Origin: Candidatus Hydrogenedentota bacterium
GTDB lineage: Bacteria > Hydrogenedentota > Hydrogenedentia > Hydrogenedentales > JAEUWI01
Assembly (NCBI GenBank): GCA_034669905.1
Contig: JAXMOL010000016.1
Span: 32,001 to 96,000 of the forward strand
Direction of reading: 5' to 3'
Length of the DNA stretch: 64,000 nt
How positions within the stretch are numbered: position 1 is the first letter of the stretch; each line of letters starts with the position of its first letter. The notes under the pieces were generated by a model. The model did no database searches. It was not told the DNA's origin and saw only the letters and a list, made by a program, of their open reading frames with translations. This document shows positions 49,981-60,432 of the stretch, piece by piece. Both the position numbers and the translations under genes were made by a program.

Positions 49981-52900
49981 TCAAGCCTCTTCGGAATCTG
50001 ACGTCGGTGACGGGTCCGAAAAGTATTTCACCAACGTGATACGTTGACGCCCTTCGCGGTCCGTATCATAGCCGATGTGATCGAAACTCCGATTCATGAT
50101 GTAGAGCCCGTAGCCGCCTTCGCGAAAGCTGCCGGCATAGGGCAATTGGACGGCCCGGGGCAAGAAGGGTACACCGGTGTGACAGATCCCGATGTGCAGG
50201 CGATTTCGGACGCACAAGAGTTCCAGGGTAATCGGATCGCCCTGCCCATCGGCATGACGCATCGCATTGGACAAGGCCTCCACAAAGGCGAGAAGAATTC
50301 CGCTGACATCACCGTCACGATGGAGCAAGTGGGCATTGACCTTCAGGTAATCGGTCAGTAGCGTGCGGGCTTCTGACAGGGCGGATACCTCATGACCGAT
50401 TTCGGCGCGAAACGACGTGCCCTGACACGCCGGATTCATGGCGATTTTCACCGCCACCCCGGTCTGATCGTCTTCCGGCGTCTTCGCCCCCGAGAAACGC
50501 CCTACCGTCCAGATGACCCGCTCGGTCAAGGCCTCGGCATCCAGATTGGCGTAGGTCTTTATACACTGAATCAATCGCTCCACACCAAACATGGAGCCAT
50601 CGCTGTTCCGGGTTTCGGTAATGCCATCCGAATAAAAAAAGAACAAGTCCCCGGGGGCCATATCCGCCTCGAGCTCCACATAGTCTTCCTCCGCCACAAA
50701 GCCCATGGGCACATTCTCCCCCGCCAATAACGTCACCTCATCTTCCACCAGTCGATAACGAATGGTCTTGGTGTGCCCACAATCGACATAGCTGACACGC
50801 GAACGCTCCAGGTCAAAACGGGCATAACATAGCGTGAGGAAGCGCTCCAGTTCGATGAGTTGGCGCACGATCCCCTCGTGCACCGCCGTCACCAGATCCT
50901 TGGGAGAGGGGTTCCTCCCATCGGAACGGGCCGACAATTGGGTCGTGTGCGCCTGGAGGAAATGGCTCTTGGCGCCAGCGCCCACCAGCGCCGCCAGAAT
51001 CCCCTTTCCCATGACGTCGCCCACCAGCACGTCAAAACAGCGGGGTCCCAGCCGTACAAAGTCCGCGAAGTCCCCGTCCATGTGTAGCGTCGCCTCACTG
51101 GAAACGGCAATATCGACGCCCTCAATCGTCGTCGGCGGACGGCCGCGCAGCAGGGTCTCTTCGATACGGGTTTCGATTTCTCGTTCGTAGTTGTGCGCTT
51201 CTTCCAACGCCTGGTCGGAAGCCTTACGGGCCGAAATATCTTCGACAATCGACCAGATGTATTCATCCCCGTCTGAACCTACGACCAGGCTGCCATTCAA
51301 TAGCACCGGTATCCGTCGTCCGCTCTTGTGGATGTATTCCTTTTCGTAGGGACCATAGCGCCCCGTCTCCCGCATGGAACGCAGTTGCTCCGCTTCCTGC
51401 TCGGCAAATTCTTCCGGCGTCACATCCCAATAGGTCAGGACTTGGGCTTCGTCTTCGGTGTAACCGATGATATTCAAATACGCATCGTTTGCCTGCAAAT
51501 AGGTGCCATCCATCTGGCACAACACGAAGCCCAAGGGGGCCTCTTCGAACATGAGACGAAACATGTCCTGAGAAAAGCGCAGGGCTTCTTCGGTCTTTTT
51601 CAGCCGCGTTATGTCCAGGTGCGTACCCGTGGCACGGGCGGCCCGGCCTGGTTCACTCCAGTCAACAACCTTGCCCCGGTTCAAGATCCAGAACCAATCC
51701 CCTGACTTGGATCGCATCCGATATTCCATCTCAAAGATGGGCAAGTCGCCCTTGAGAAAAGAACGCAACACGGGCTGGGCCTCGTTGAAATCGTCTGGAT
51801 GGATGAGCCGTTGCCAGGCAATGGGAGTGCCCTCGATCTCTTCCAGGGAATAGCCCAACATCATCGCCCACCGCGCATTGAAGACCACCTTCTTGTCCGT
51901 CAGGTCCCAATCCCACAGCCCCAGGCCACCGCCATCCAGCGCAAGCTCCAGGCGTTCTTCTGACGCCCGAAGCTGGGCCTCGATTCGAGCCCGCTCAATG
52001 GCCGCCCCCAAGGCCAGCGCCGCCGTGCGCAGGGCATCCACCTCGGATTGGGGCCAGCGACGGGGGCCATCGCACACGTCAATCCCCAGAAATCCCCACC
52101 ATTCCGTTTGCACAAACACCGGCAACACAATGGTACTCGTGGTACCCCGGGCCACAAGGTGACGCCGCTCCACTTTGGGAAAGGAGCGCACGTTGCCCAC
52201 GATCACGTCGCCGCGATGAAGCAGCTCCTCCCAGCGCTGAAGTCCGGCATCCCGATACGAAACTTCGGTCCAGGAAATCTTGTGAGTCCGGACCCTATCG
52301 GGCGCCTCCCAGAAATAATCCTCCACGGCATAGCGATTTCCCGCGTCATCGTGCGCATTTCGACACAGATACACCCGGCTGGTCTTCGTTGCATTGCCCA
52401 GGGCCGCCAGAATTTCAGATACCGCCCCAAACCCTTCGCTCAGGGCAAGCAAATGGCGCGCCGCATAGGCCAGGGACCCCAGAATGGCGTCCCGCCGCCA
52501 GAGTTCCTCCTCGGTCTGAATACGACTCTGCAGCTCCTGCCGCGCGGCCGACAAGTCCAGTTCCGTGCGGGCGCTCTGCATCAGGATGGCCATCAAAGGA
52601 CGTGTCGCGATCTCATAGGCCTGACGCCGTCCCTCCCAGAAGACATACAAGGTAAGCAAGGGAGCCACCAGGAGGGACAGGAATAGTCGACTGAGCAGAC
52701 TACCCTGCAGAATCCCGGCATATTCTGGCTGTCCCCCAAAAGCCCCGCTTGCATAGATGACCGTATCCAGGGACAAGGCTACCCAAAGGCAAACGAAAAT
52801 TCGAACGATCAGAAGCGTTGATCGGGCGTAACGGTTGCAGAGTTCCCACAACATGGCGAGACAAAGAAAGTCTATCAGCAATGCCGCAGTGGAGACGAGG

Positions 52901-53298
52901 TAGGCATGGGGTGGACCTACGATGATGCGCTCGGCCAAAGGCGGGTCGATGATGGACAACTGATAACGAAACAGATAGGCGAGCCCTGGCCCCAGCACCG
53001 AGACGGCCAGCACGGTGTAAATACCCAATTGGGTAGCCTTTACCCCGTCAAAGGTATAGAGCAGGAAAATACCCAACAAGATGGACGTGAGGAATACGAC
53101 GGAGCCCAGATGAAAGGTCAGGCCCGCAACACGGTAGAAAATTCCCGCGTCGGCCGTCCAGCGAAGGGCAGAAGTCAGCACCCCCAGAATGACGTAATAG
53201 GGTACGAGCGTATACCGCCGTCGCGCCGCGTGCACGGCAAAGACGATGAAGTAGACGATAATGGCTTCCAGTACCAGGAGCAGGAGCCCTGTCGACAT
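49981..53298 (-). CDS. Membrane sensor-GAF-PAS-PAS-SpoIIE (PP2C) phosphatase-RsbW-like kinase fusion
   Basis: About seven TM helices; GAF (WWGFLGID...W...EVDAL); PAS/PAC (GLWDWD, IHPDD, GTHLDIT; EDISARK); DGDF, GDVMGKG, YSDGITE, DDQT; EALSNAMRH, REGGYGLYIM. Confidence 0.92.
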   Translation of the reverse strand: MSTGLLLLVLEAIIVYFIVFAVHAARRRYTLVPYYVILGVLTSALRWTADAGIFYRVAGLTFHLGSVVFLTSILLGIFLLYTFDGVKATQLGIYTVLAVSVLGPGLAYLFRYQLSIIDPPLAERIIVGPPHAYLVSTAALLIDFLCLAMLWELCNRYARSTLLIVRIFVCLWVALSLDTVIYASGAFGGQPEYAGILQGSLLSRLFLSLLVAPLLTLYVFWEGRRQAYEIATRPLMAILMQSARTELDLSAARQELQSRIQTEEELWRRDAILGSLAYAARHLLALSEGFGAVSEILAALGNATKTSRVYLCRNAHDDAGNRYAVEDYFWEAPDRVRTHKISWTEVSYRDAGLQRWEELLHRGDVIVGNVRSFPKVERRHLVARGTTSTIVLPVFVQTEWWGFLGIDVCDGPRRWPQSEVDALRTAALALGAAIERARIEAQLRASEERLELALDGGGLGLWDWDLTDKKVVFNARWAMMLGYSLEEIEGTPIAWQRLIHPDDFNEAQPVLRSFLKGDLPIFEMEYRMRSKSGDWFWILNRGKVVDWSEPGRAARATGTHLDITRLKKTEEALRFSQDMFRLMFEEAPLGFVLCQMDGTYLQANDAYLNIIGYTEDEAQVLTYWDVTPEEFAEQEAEQLRSMRETGRYGPYEKEYIHKSGRRIPVLLNGSLVVGSDGDEYIWSIVEDISARKASDQALEEAHNYEREIETRIEETLLRGRPPTTIEGVDIAVSSEATLHMDGDFADFVRLGPRCFDVLVGDVMGKGILAALVGAGAKSHFLQAHTTQLSARSDGRNPSPKDLVTAVHEGIVRQLIELERFLTLCYARFDLERSRVSYVDCGHTKTIRYRLVEDEVTLLAGENVPMGFVAEEDYVELEADMAPGDLFFFYSDGITETRNSDGSMFGVERLIQCIKTYANLDAEALTERVIWTVGRFSGAKTPEDDQTGVAVKIAMNPACQGTSFRAEIGHEVSALSEARTLLTDYLKVNAHLLHRDGDVSGILLAFVEALSNAMRHADGQGDPITLELLCVRNRLHIGICHTGVPFLPRAVQLPYAGSFREGGYGLYIMNRSFDHIGYDTDREGRQRITLVKYFSDPSPTSDSEEA

Positions 53299-53479
53299 GC
53301 CGTCCTTCCTCTCAGGTACCTGGACGCAGGCACCGCCCCACGTCACCTACAGGCGTTACGCATGGGTCTAGCATACGACGCACGACGGCCCACACGCAAC
53401 GCCCGGCAACGAAATCGCGGGCCAACGTCGATGAGACGTTGGCCCGCGAAATTAACGTACTGGTGACGGTTCGTCGTGC

Positions 53480-54286
53480 CTAGACGACGCCAGAACGCTT
53501 CCGGAGTGCCAGGAACGCCGTGCCCATACCCAGGAGTACCATCGTGGCCGGCTCAGGGATGGGCGCCTGCGGGTTCGGGTCCGGAGGCGTACCCATCGGT
53601 TTCCCGATAAAGGCGTCCGATTGACCACCTGCGCCGATGCTGCGAATGTGCAGCCCCACACGGAAATCCGCGCCAAAGTCATTCCCGGGCGGCGGGGTCA
53701 CGGCAGCAAGGAAATCGGCCGGACTGACTAGCAGGTCATAAGCCAGAATCAAATTCTCACCCGCATTCAGCCCCGTGCTGTTGTTGCCGGTAAGCCCGGC
53801 GCTCAGCGCAGGATTGGCCGTAAATACCGGATCGAGCGCGTTCCCGGAAGGAAGATTCCCGGGACTTACGCCGCCAATGGCAAAGTCCACATCGCCTGGA
53901 TTCGCTTCCAGCACGCCAAAGACGGTGCCGTTCTCAATAACGCGGGTCGCGGCGTCCACATAGGAGCCCCGCTCTTTCACGCCACCTTCATCAAAGTAGA
54001 TCTCGGCAATCGAAGAAGACGAACTGGAGCGGTTGACAAATTCGAAATACACCGTGCTCTCATCCGCACTCAACGAAATCGCCAGCACAATATCCAGCGT
54101 GTCCAAATCCGCCTGCGTCGAGTTGGGCAGACCGCCCGCATCATTCACGCAGAACCCCATGAAAATTGCACTACTCGTATCCGTTAGAAAATCATCCAAC
54201 GTAATATGCGAGGCACTGGCTGTACCGCACACGGCAAGCGCCGCGAATACCAGTCCCTTCAACGCGTTTCCCAACCCTGATTTCAT
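53480..54286 (-). CDS. PEP-CTERM sorting domain protein
   Basis: Signal peptide; C-terminal IPEPATMVLLGMGTAFLALRKRS. Confidence 0.93.
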   Translation of the reverse strand: MKSGLGNALKGLVFAALAVCGTASASHITLDDFLTDTSSAIFMGFCVNDAGGLPNSTQADLDTLDIVLAISLSADESTVYFEFVNRSSSSSSIAEIYFDEGGVKERGSYVDAATRVIENGTVFGVLEANPGDVDFAIGGVSPGNLPSGNALDPVFTANPALSAGLTGNNSTGLNAGENLILAYDLLVSPADFLAAVTPPPGNDFGADFRVGLHIRSIGAGGQSDAFIGKPMGTPPDPNPQAPIPEPATMVLLGMGTAFLALRKRSGVV

Positions 54287-54391
54287 CACACACGGTTCCT
54301 TTCTGTTACCGGACGCCACCATTTTGCGCCCTCAATGCCCTGCCCCCCCTGCCGAATCCCATACGGACGGGGATAACTGAGAACTTTAATA

Positions 54392-54407
54392 AGCATTAAT
54401 CATGCCA
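54392..54407 (-). promoter_or_regulatory. Sigma-54 (-24/-12) promoter of the PEP-CTERM gene
   Basis: TGGCATGATTAATGCT (GG-N10-GC). Confidence 0.7.
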
Positions 54408-54719
54408 CCGGATTACTACCCCCAACCCCCAGTCGTACTTCCGTTAACGTGACCCGAAGCGCCCATTCTCCGCTGAATTTCCCCCAGCCCCCTCGAAAAC
54501 GAAACGGTATACATCCATGTGTTATCGGGCATACCGTGTAAATTTCCCCACCACCCACCGTAATATCCCCCACCACAGCCCAAACCATCCGCATCACGCC
54601 ACGCCCCACGTGAACTTCCCGCACCACGAGCACGGCCCCAATCCGCGCAAAATATGGTCAGAAATGACAATTTTTTTCGCACAATATCTACCGCCGGGTA
54701 GGCCAATCCACCGAAGGGC

Positions 54720-54755
54720 AAAAAAAAGAGACCGAAACAGGACGTTTCGGTCTCT
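54720..54755 (-). terminator. Rho-independent terminator after the tRNA
   Basis: AGAGACCGAAAC-gtcct-GTTTCGGTCTCT followed by a T run. Confidence 0.88.
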
Positions 54756-54762
54756 AGAAGTT

Positions 54763-54838
54763 TGGTGGAGGTAAGCGGGATCGAACCGCTGACCTCATGA
54801 CTGCCAGTCATGCGCTCTACCAACTGAGCTATACCCCC
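54763..54838 (-). tRNA. tRNA-Ala (anticodon GGC)
   Basis: GGGGGTATAGCTCAGTTGGTAGAGCG-CATGA-CTGGCAG-TCATG...GGTTCGATCCC...ACCA; G3:U70 pair; encoded CCA. Confidence 0.98.
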
Positions 54839-54877
54839 CAAAAACAGGCACACACAGCCTTGGCTGAATGTGAGCAC

Positions 54878-54907
54878 ATTATAAAAAAACTTTCGGGGGC
54901 ATGTCAA
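54878..54907 (-). promoter_or_regulatory. Sigma-70 promoter of tRNA-Ala
   Basis: TTGACA-18 bp-TATAAT. Confidence 0.85.
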
Positions 54908-54980
54908 GCGTTGGACGGAATTTTTCGACTAAATCTCTGACCAAAACCCGTTGATTGTCCCGGATTGGGGCACCTTCACG

Positions 54981-56177
54981 TCATCGTGCCGGATTTTCGT
55001 ACCACACCACCCCGAGCAATTCCCGTTCTTCACAGGTGAGTACGTCCAGGTCACCGTCCCCATCAAAATCGTGCAGGACCACCAGGTCATATTTGGTGCC
55101 GGTCAGACCACCGATCGTTTGGGCGTTCCAGTGGCCCTGCGCATCGGTCTGCAACCAGAAGACCCCCTGTTTCCCTTCCGCGTTCTCGCAGGAAATGACG
55201 AGGTCGTCCACGCCATCGAGATCCAGATCCCCCGTGGCAATCCCCTTCCCCGTGCCCACGTCGGCGGGCATGGCTATCTCGGTCACTTCCCAGGTCGCAG
55301 GATCCTGCCGGGCAAAACGAAGTATGCCGCCATCCCGGGTCGTGCACCACCCACGGCGGGGCGCTCCGGAATCCTCCACCTCCATATGGAGAAACATAAC
55401 CTCCCGTCCGGCACCCCCGATTTCGTGGTCACGCCACCGTGCGCTAAGTGCTTGCGCGTCGTGGCCGGGATGTTCGAGCCATCCCATCTTGCGCTGCGCC
55501 CCCCGGCGGTCGGTGTAGACGATGTCCTGCAGGCCGTCGCCGTTCATATCGTGCAGTTCGAGGGACATAATCCACGCGGCATCGCGGATGGGATGCCACT
55601 GCCACGCCGCCAGGTCGCGGGGTGTTGCAGGGGCTTCAAACCAGCCAATGGCGGCCCCGTCTCCCTTGGCGCCCGCGACAAGGTCGAGGCGGCCATCGCC
55701 GTTCACATCGAAGGGCACGCTGAACATCCACTTCGCACGGTTCGCCGCGGCCGGCAGCGCTTCGGTCGTCCACGCCGCGCCGTCCTGCATCCTGGCCTTT
55801 TCCACCGGCGCCCAGTGAAACCAGATCTGTTGGGTCTTCCCTTCGCTGCAACTCACCACATCGACCGCGCCGTCCCCATCCATATCGCCCATGACGGCAT
55901 CCTCCGGCGAGCCCACGGAACCCACCACAATCTGTGGCCAGGGGGCCTTGGCCTTTTCGGTGCCGGGATTGAGGTAGACCCGGATGGAGCCCCCTTCTTC
56001 CCAGCCCGTGGCGATGTCGGGCAAGCCGTCGCCATTCATGTCGGCAAGGCGGACGCCATCGGCCCCTTCGGAGCCGTTGTCGATGGTATGCATGGGCCAC
56101 GGTGTGCCGGTGGGCTCGGTGGGGAGAGGAATTTCGGTGGCCCCGAGGGAAACGAGGATAACTAGGGTCAACAACAT
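54981..56177 (-). CDS. FG-GAP/VCBS repeat secreted protein
   Basis: Repeated D(M/V/F/L)(N/D)xDGxxD motifs; C-terminal WYENP. Confidence 0.9.
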   Translation of the reverse strand: MLLTLVILVSLGATEIPLPTEPTGTPWPMHTIDNGSEGADGVRLADMNGDGLPDIATGWEEGGSIRVYLNPGTEKAKAPWPQIVVGSVGSPEDAVMGDMDGDGAVDVVSCSEGKTQQIWFHWAPVEKARMQDGAAWTTEALPAAANRAKWMFSVPFDVNGDGRLDLVAGAKGDGAAIGWFEAPATPRDLAAWQWHPIRDAAWIMSLELHDMNGDGLQDIVYTDRRGAQRKMGWLEHPGHDAQALSARWRDHEIGGAGREVMFLHMEVEDSGAPRRGWCTTRDGGILRFARQDPATWEVTEIAMPADVGTGKGIATGDLDLDGVDDLVISCENAEGKQGVFWLQTDAQGHWNAQTIGGLTGTKYDLVVLHDFDGDGDLDVLTCEERELLGVVWYENPAR

Positions 56178-56487
56178 GATTCAGGCTCCATTGGCCAACG
56201 GCCCCGCGCCGCGGCAGCGGCCAGTATAGCGAAGGAGGCAGCATCAGGCCAGCGCGGGTGTCCCTGCGGCAACTTTCAGAAAAATATTTTTCGCCACGAA
56301 GGCACGAAGAGCACGAAGCATTCATGGACGTAGCAACCGTTCATTGGTTGCAATGAATTCCCTTTCGTTTCTGCGGTACGGGGTCGCTATGTTCAGCCCA
56401 GTTTGACCCGCTTTCTGCCCCCAGAAACTTCAAGGCGATTCGCGGTATAGTATTGAATAGGAGATAACAAGCGAAAGGGGCTGTCTT

Positions 56488-57222
56488 ATGATGAAATATC
56501 TTCGCAATTGGATTCGGTGCTGCGTACTGGCGCTCTGCCTTTTCACGATTCCACTGCATGCCGCCGATGATGGGGATCTAAGCGTGGCCGAGGGCGAGCG
56601 GTGTAATGACCGACTCATTGTGCCGGACGAACGTGTCGGGCCTATCAACTGGCAGACGACTTTTGAAGACCTGGTCGCCTGTTTTGGACGTGATCAGGTT
56701 GTCGTTGATCAGATAAATACCGGCGAGGGCGATACGGAGCTGGGTGTCGTGGTCTTCCCGAAGGATCCGGAGAAGCGCCTGGATATCGTGTGGCGGTTCC
56801 CGGAGGAACAACGATGGCCGTCAGAAATCTCCATTTATGGAACAAAATCCGAGTGGAAGACGAAGGAAGGAGTCACGCTCGGAACCACCTTGCGGGAGTT
56901 GGAGGTGCTCAATACAATGCCCTTCCACCTTGTCGGCTTTGGCCACGATTGGGCAGGCGTTGTGGTGGATCGCGGTAAAGGCTCCTTAGTCTTGCTTGGC
57001 CCTCCAGAGGGCGCGCATGATTCTGCCCGAAGGCGGCCCATTACGATTTCCCTTCACCCTGACTACAGTCGGAACGGAGAGACTATACGAAGGCTGCGCC
57101 GTCAGGTGGGCAGTGACCGATCCTTTTCCTCGGGCCATCCGGCCATGCAGGCGCTCGCACCGACGGTCCAATGGATACGGGTTTCGATATTTAAGGCACC
57201 GGAGATAGATGCGGAAGAGTAG
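56488..57222 (+). CDS. Hypothetical secreted protein
   Basis: Signal peptide ending LHA; WKTKEGVTLGTTLRELEVLN...FHLVGFGHDWAG. Confidence 0.75.
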   Translation: MMKYLRNWIRCCVLALCLFTIPLHAADDGDLSVAEGERCNDRLIVPDERVGPINWQTTFEDLVACFGRDQVVVDQINTGEGDTELGVVVFPKDPEKRLDIVWRFPEEQRWPSEISIYGTKSEWKTKEGVTLGTTLRELEVLNTMPFHLVGFGHDWAGVVVDRGKGSLVLLGPPEGAHDSARRRPITISLHPDYSRNGETIRRLRRQVGSDRSFSSGHPAMQALAPTVQWIRVSIFKAPEIDAEE

Positions 57223-57385
57223 ATTCTTAGACGAATAAGGGGGCGGTGATCAGTCTAGGGAAGCAGATGCAACCCCCATCCTGCTCTGGGAGAATTAGCG
57301 ACCCCATGCAGGTCGTTCCGGTTTGACATTTCCCCCCTCATGTGAGAACCTTGATTGAGCGAATAATTCGCAGGAGTCTTGCCAA

Positions 57386-57706
57386 ATGCCGACCGATACC
57401 GTACACCTCACCGAGCGCGATGTGGCCACGATACAGCGCTATGTCGAACAGGGGCGTTTCCAATCCGCGAGCGACGTCGTCTCGGCAGGACTCCAATTGC
57501 TTGAAGCGTGCGACCGGGATGAGGCCTCCAAACTGGAGCAGTTGCGGGTAGCTGCCCAAAAAGGAATTGACGATTTGGAGGCGGGACGCTATACGGAGGT
57601 GGATAGCCGCGAGGAATTGGACGAATATTTGGCTTCCATCCGGGAACGGGGGATGGCGCGGCTGAAAGAATCGGGGATTGATGCAAAGGCGCTTGAGGCT
57701 CAGTAG
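57386..57706 (+). CDS. parD: ParD-family (RHH) antitoxin
   Basis: GRFQSASDVVSAGLQLLE...LRVAAQKGIDDLEAGRY. Confidence 0.88.
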   Translation: MPTDTVHLTERDVATIQRYVEQGRFQSASDVVSAGLQLLEACDRDEASKLEQLRVAAQKGIDDLEAGRYTEVDSREELDEYLASIRERGMARLKESGIDAKALEAQ

Positions 57707-58052
57707 AGAGGCGGACGAGGATCAGATTGAAATCTGGTGCTACACGGCGACGACCTTTGGTTTGAATCAGGCCGAACGCTACGAACAATTGATCGGGCAG
57801 GCCTTCCGCGACATTGCTGACGATCCGCTTCGCAACGGTGCCGTGCTTAGAGCAGAGATTGCGCCGGGCCTCTACAGCTATCCCATCTCCCTGAGTGCCA
57901 AACGCAGCGGGACAAGTATCCACCAGGCCCCTCATTTTGTGCTCTATCTGGTCTTGTCCGATGAGGAAATTGGCGTGAGCCGGGTACTCCACCAATCCAT
58001 GGAAATCGCGCGGAACATCCCGGATACTCACAAGCGCGGAGTTATCGAGTAG
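57681..58052 (+). CDS. parE: ParE/RelE-family toxin
   Basis: RLSREADEDQIEIWCYTATTFGLNQAERY...HFVLY...RVLHQSME. Confidence 0.88.
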   Translation: MQRRLRLSREADEDQIEIWCYTATTFGLNQAERYEQLIGQAFRDIADDPLRNGAVLRAEIAPGLYSYPISLSAKRSGTSIHQAPHFVLYLVLSDEEIGVSRVLHQSMEIARNIPDTHKRGVIE

Positions 58053-58227
58053 ACACTGAGCGTGGGATGAGCGCAACGGATCGATGGGGCACGGGTAAAA
58101 CCTACCGGGCCTACCCGTGGCACCCAAGGTTCGCCTTTTCTTGCGACGGCTTCAATATGTGCCGAGGTTCTGGAGTGGTGACTTCGATTGCCCAACACCG
58201 GGCTCTACTGCTGAAATTTCGCTCTCC

Positions 58228-58947
58228 TTATCCCTCAGGATAAAACACGTCTTCCAGCGAATTGTTCACGCCGGGCGCACCCATGAAGGGCAGGTTGCGG
58301 CCGGTCATGATGGCGTCCATGGCCTTGACCTCTTCCCGGCTGATTTCCTTAATATCCCCGTGCACAATGGCGCTGTGGATGTGGAGGGAAGTCATCTCCA
58401 GGAGTTCCGTGTTCATCATGGTCCATTTGATGTCCAGGGGGCTCAAGATCACGAGGCCGTGGTTCTCCATGAGGAAGGCATTGTATTTCTGGAGGAAGGG
58501 CAGGAAGTTATCGGCCAGTTCCTGGGTCAGGGGCTGTGCGAAGGGCACGACGGGCACGGGGCCCACTTCCGTGATCGTCTCGGGGAAAAGGGGGCGCATG
58601 AGGTGGTTTTCGCCCTTGGTGATGGTGAAGGCGTTGGTGTAGGGCGGGTGGCAATGGACCACCGATTGGACGTCGGGCCGCTCGTTGAAGAAGTTGAGGT
58701 ACATGGGGGTCTCACCCGTGGGGCGATTCTTGCCTTCGAGCTTTTCGCCCTTCAGGTTGATGAAGACCACGTCATCCAGTTGGATGTCGCCCTTGTTCAT
58801 CTGGGTGGGTGTGATGAGGAGCACGTTGTCTTCCATCTTCCACGCGGCATTGCCACCGAAGCCGGTGACGTATTTGTTGGCGGCCAACTGGTGGCAGACG
58901 CCGACGAAGGTCTTGATTTGGGAGGCGTATTTTTCGAAAAGGCTCAT
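58228..58947 (-). CDS. Class II aldolase/adducin family protein
   Basis: GGNAA, ITPT, VVHCHPPY, LMENHGL. Confidence 0.92.
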   Translation of the reverse strand: MSLFEKYASQIKTFVGVCHQLAANKYVTGFGGNAAWKMEDNVLLITPTQMNKGDIQLDDVVFINLKGEKLEGKNRPTGETPMYLNFFNERPDVQSVVHCHPPYTNAFTITKGENHLMRPLFPETITEVGPVPVVPFAQPLTQELADNFLPFLQKYNAFLMENHGLVILSPLDIKWTMMNTELLEMTSLHIHSAIVHGDIKEISREEVKAMDAIMTGRNLPFMGAPGVNNSLEDVFYPEG

Positions 58948-59042
58948 GATTTTTTCCTGGTTATTAAAGGACCTAAAGGACTATTAGGACGTAAGGGACG
59001 TATTTTTCGGGTAGCAGAGATTAAAGTAGCGCCGTGGCACAT

Positions 59043-59126
59043 GTCATCCCCGCGAAGGCGGGGATCCAGTAACGCGGACGAAGTACTCCCCGATACCCAC
59101 TGGATTCCCGCCTGCGCGGGAATGAC
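59043..59126. repeat. RS3/REP-like doublet
   Basis: Reverse-oriented copy of the 40712 element with a related spacer. Confidence 0.9.
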
Positions 59127-59209
59127 GGTATCAGCGAAGAAGCCGTACGCGACCGGTACACGGAGTTGACGATTGCTTGTCTTCGACACGGACTCAACGC
59201 CCCCCCCTC

Positions 59210-60256
59210 TTAATGCTCCAACACAACTTTCAAGGATTTCACGGCCGGGTCGGCCTGGGTCTTGAAAGCTTCGTTAAACTGCTCCAAGGCGAAGCGGTGG
59301 GTAATCAGGGGATCGGGATTAATCTTCCCCGTTTCAATCAGGCGGATGGCCTCTTCATAATCACGGCGCACGGAACTGTTGGCGCCGTGGAGATGAAGTT
59401 CCCGATAGTGAATCGCGTTGAGGTCGATGGATTCGCAGGGGTCCTGTTTGGACATGCCCGCGAAGATCGAAAGGTGCCCGCCCATGGCCAGAAGCTCCAT
59501 GCCCAGGGGCACGAGTTCCTTGGCGGAGGCCGGCACGACCACGCCATCCACGCCCAGGCCGTCGGTGTTTTCTTTCATCCATTTGATGGGGTCCGTCGTG
59601 CTGGTGTTCACGAGGTTTTCGAAGGGCAGGCCAAGTTCCTTGATGAGGTCGAGTCGCCCCTGAGAGCGATTCATGATGGTGACCGTCTCCGCACCCCAGG
59701 CCTTGGCGACGAGCCCATTGAGCACGCCGATGATGCCGCCGCTCAACACGACCACATGCTTCATCTCTTCAAAGGGAAAGAATCGCAGGCCGTTGACGCA
59801 GCAACTGATGGGCTCGAGCAGGGTCGCCACTTCGGCGCTCATGGAGTCGGGAATGGGAATGAGACAGCCCTGGTCCACACCCTCTTTGGGCATGACCATG
59901 TAGTCGGCAAAGCCACCATTCCAGGCATAGCCAATGGCCTTGAAGCCCTTGAGGCAGCGTATCTGGTGGTGGGCCTTGCAGGGAGCGCATTCGCCGCAAC
60001 CGATAACGGTCTGGACGGCGTAGCGCTGTCCTACTTCGATGCCCGACAGGCCGTCGCCCAGGGCTTCCACGGTGCCCGCGAGTTCATGGCCGATGATGTT
60101 CACGGAAACGGGCTTCTCTCCCCGGAGTACCCGCTGGTCTGTGCCGCAAAGGGCACTGGCGTCTACTTTGAGGAGCACCTCGCCCGCCTGGGGCGAAGGC
60201 TTTTCTACGTCTTGTACTTCAATCACGCCCGGGGCGGTGATGACAGCTGCTTTCAT
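59210..60256 (-). CDS. Zn-dependent (MDR) sugar/polyol dehydrogenase
   Basis: LCGTD, GHE, CGECAPC...C, LITHRF. ATG at 60256. Confidence 0.92.
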   Translation of the reverse strand: MKAAVITAPGVIEVQDVEKPSPQAGEVLLKVDASALCGTDQRVLRGEKPVSVNIIGHELAGTVEALGDGLSGIEVGQRYAVQTVIGCGECAPCKAHHQIRCLKGFKAIGYAWNGGFADYMVMPKEGVDQGCLIPIPDSMSAEVATLLEPISCCVNGLRFFPFEEMKHVVVLSGGIIGVLNGLVAKAWGAETVTIMNRSQGRLDLIKELGLPFENLVNTSTTDPIKWMKENTDGLGVDGVVVPASAKELVPLGMELLAMGGHLSIFAGMSKQDPCESIDLNAIHYRELHLHGANSSVRRDYEEAIRLIETGKINPDPLITHRFALEQFNEAFKTQADPAVKSLKVVLEH

Positions 60257-60432
60257 GGTATTTCTTTCAGGGTTATAGGTCAAAAAACGTGCCGCGCGAT
60301 GCCGAGGTACGAGGCTTCGTGCGAAAGTCCCATAAAATGTCGTGGTGCCCACACTTGATCCGAGAATGCTCGTAAAATGGTGCACGAACCTTCGTTCCTC
60401 AGGATCGCGCGGCACGACCAAGTCATTTTAGA

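Noticed and set aside
54763..58052. Genomic island integrated at tRNA-Ala, including parDE
   Set aside because: No integrase and no duplicated tRNA 3' end seen; parDE lies on the 5' side of the tRNA.
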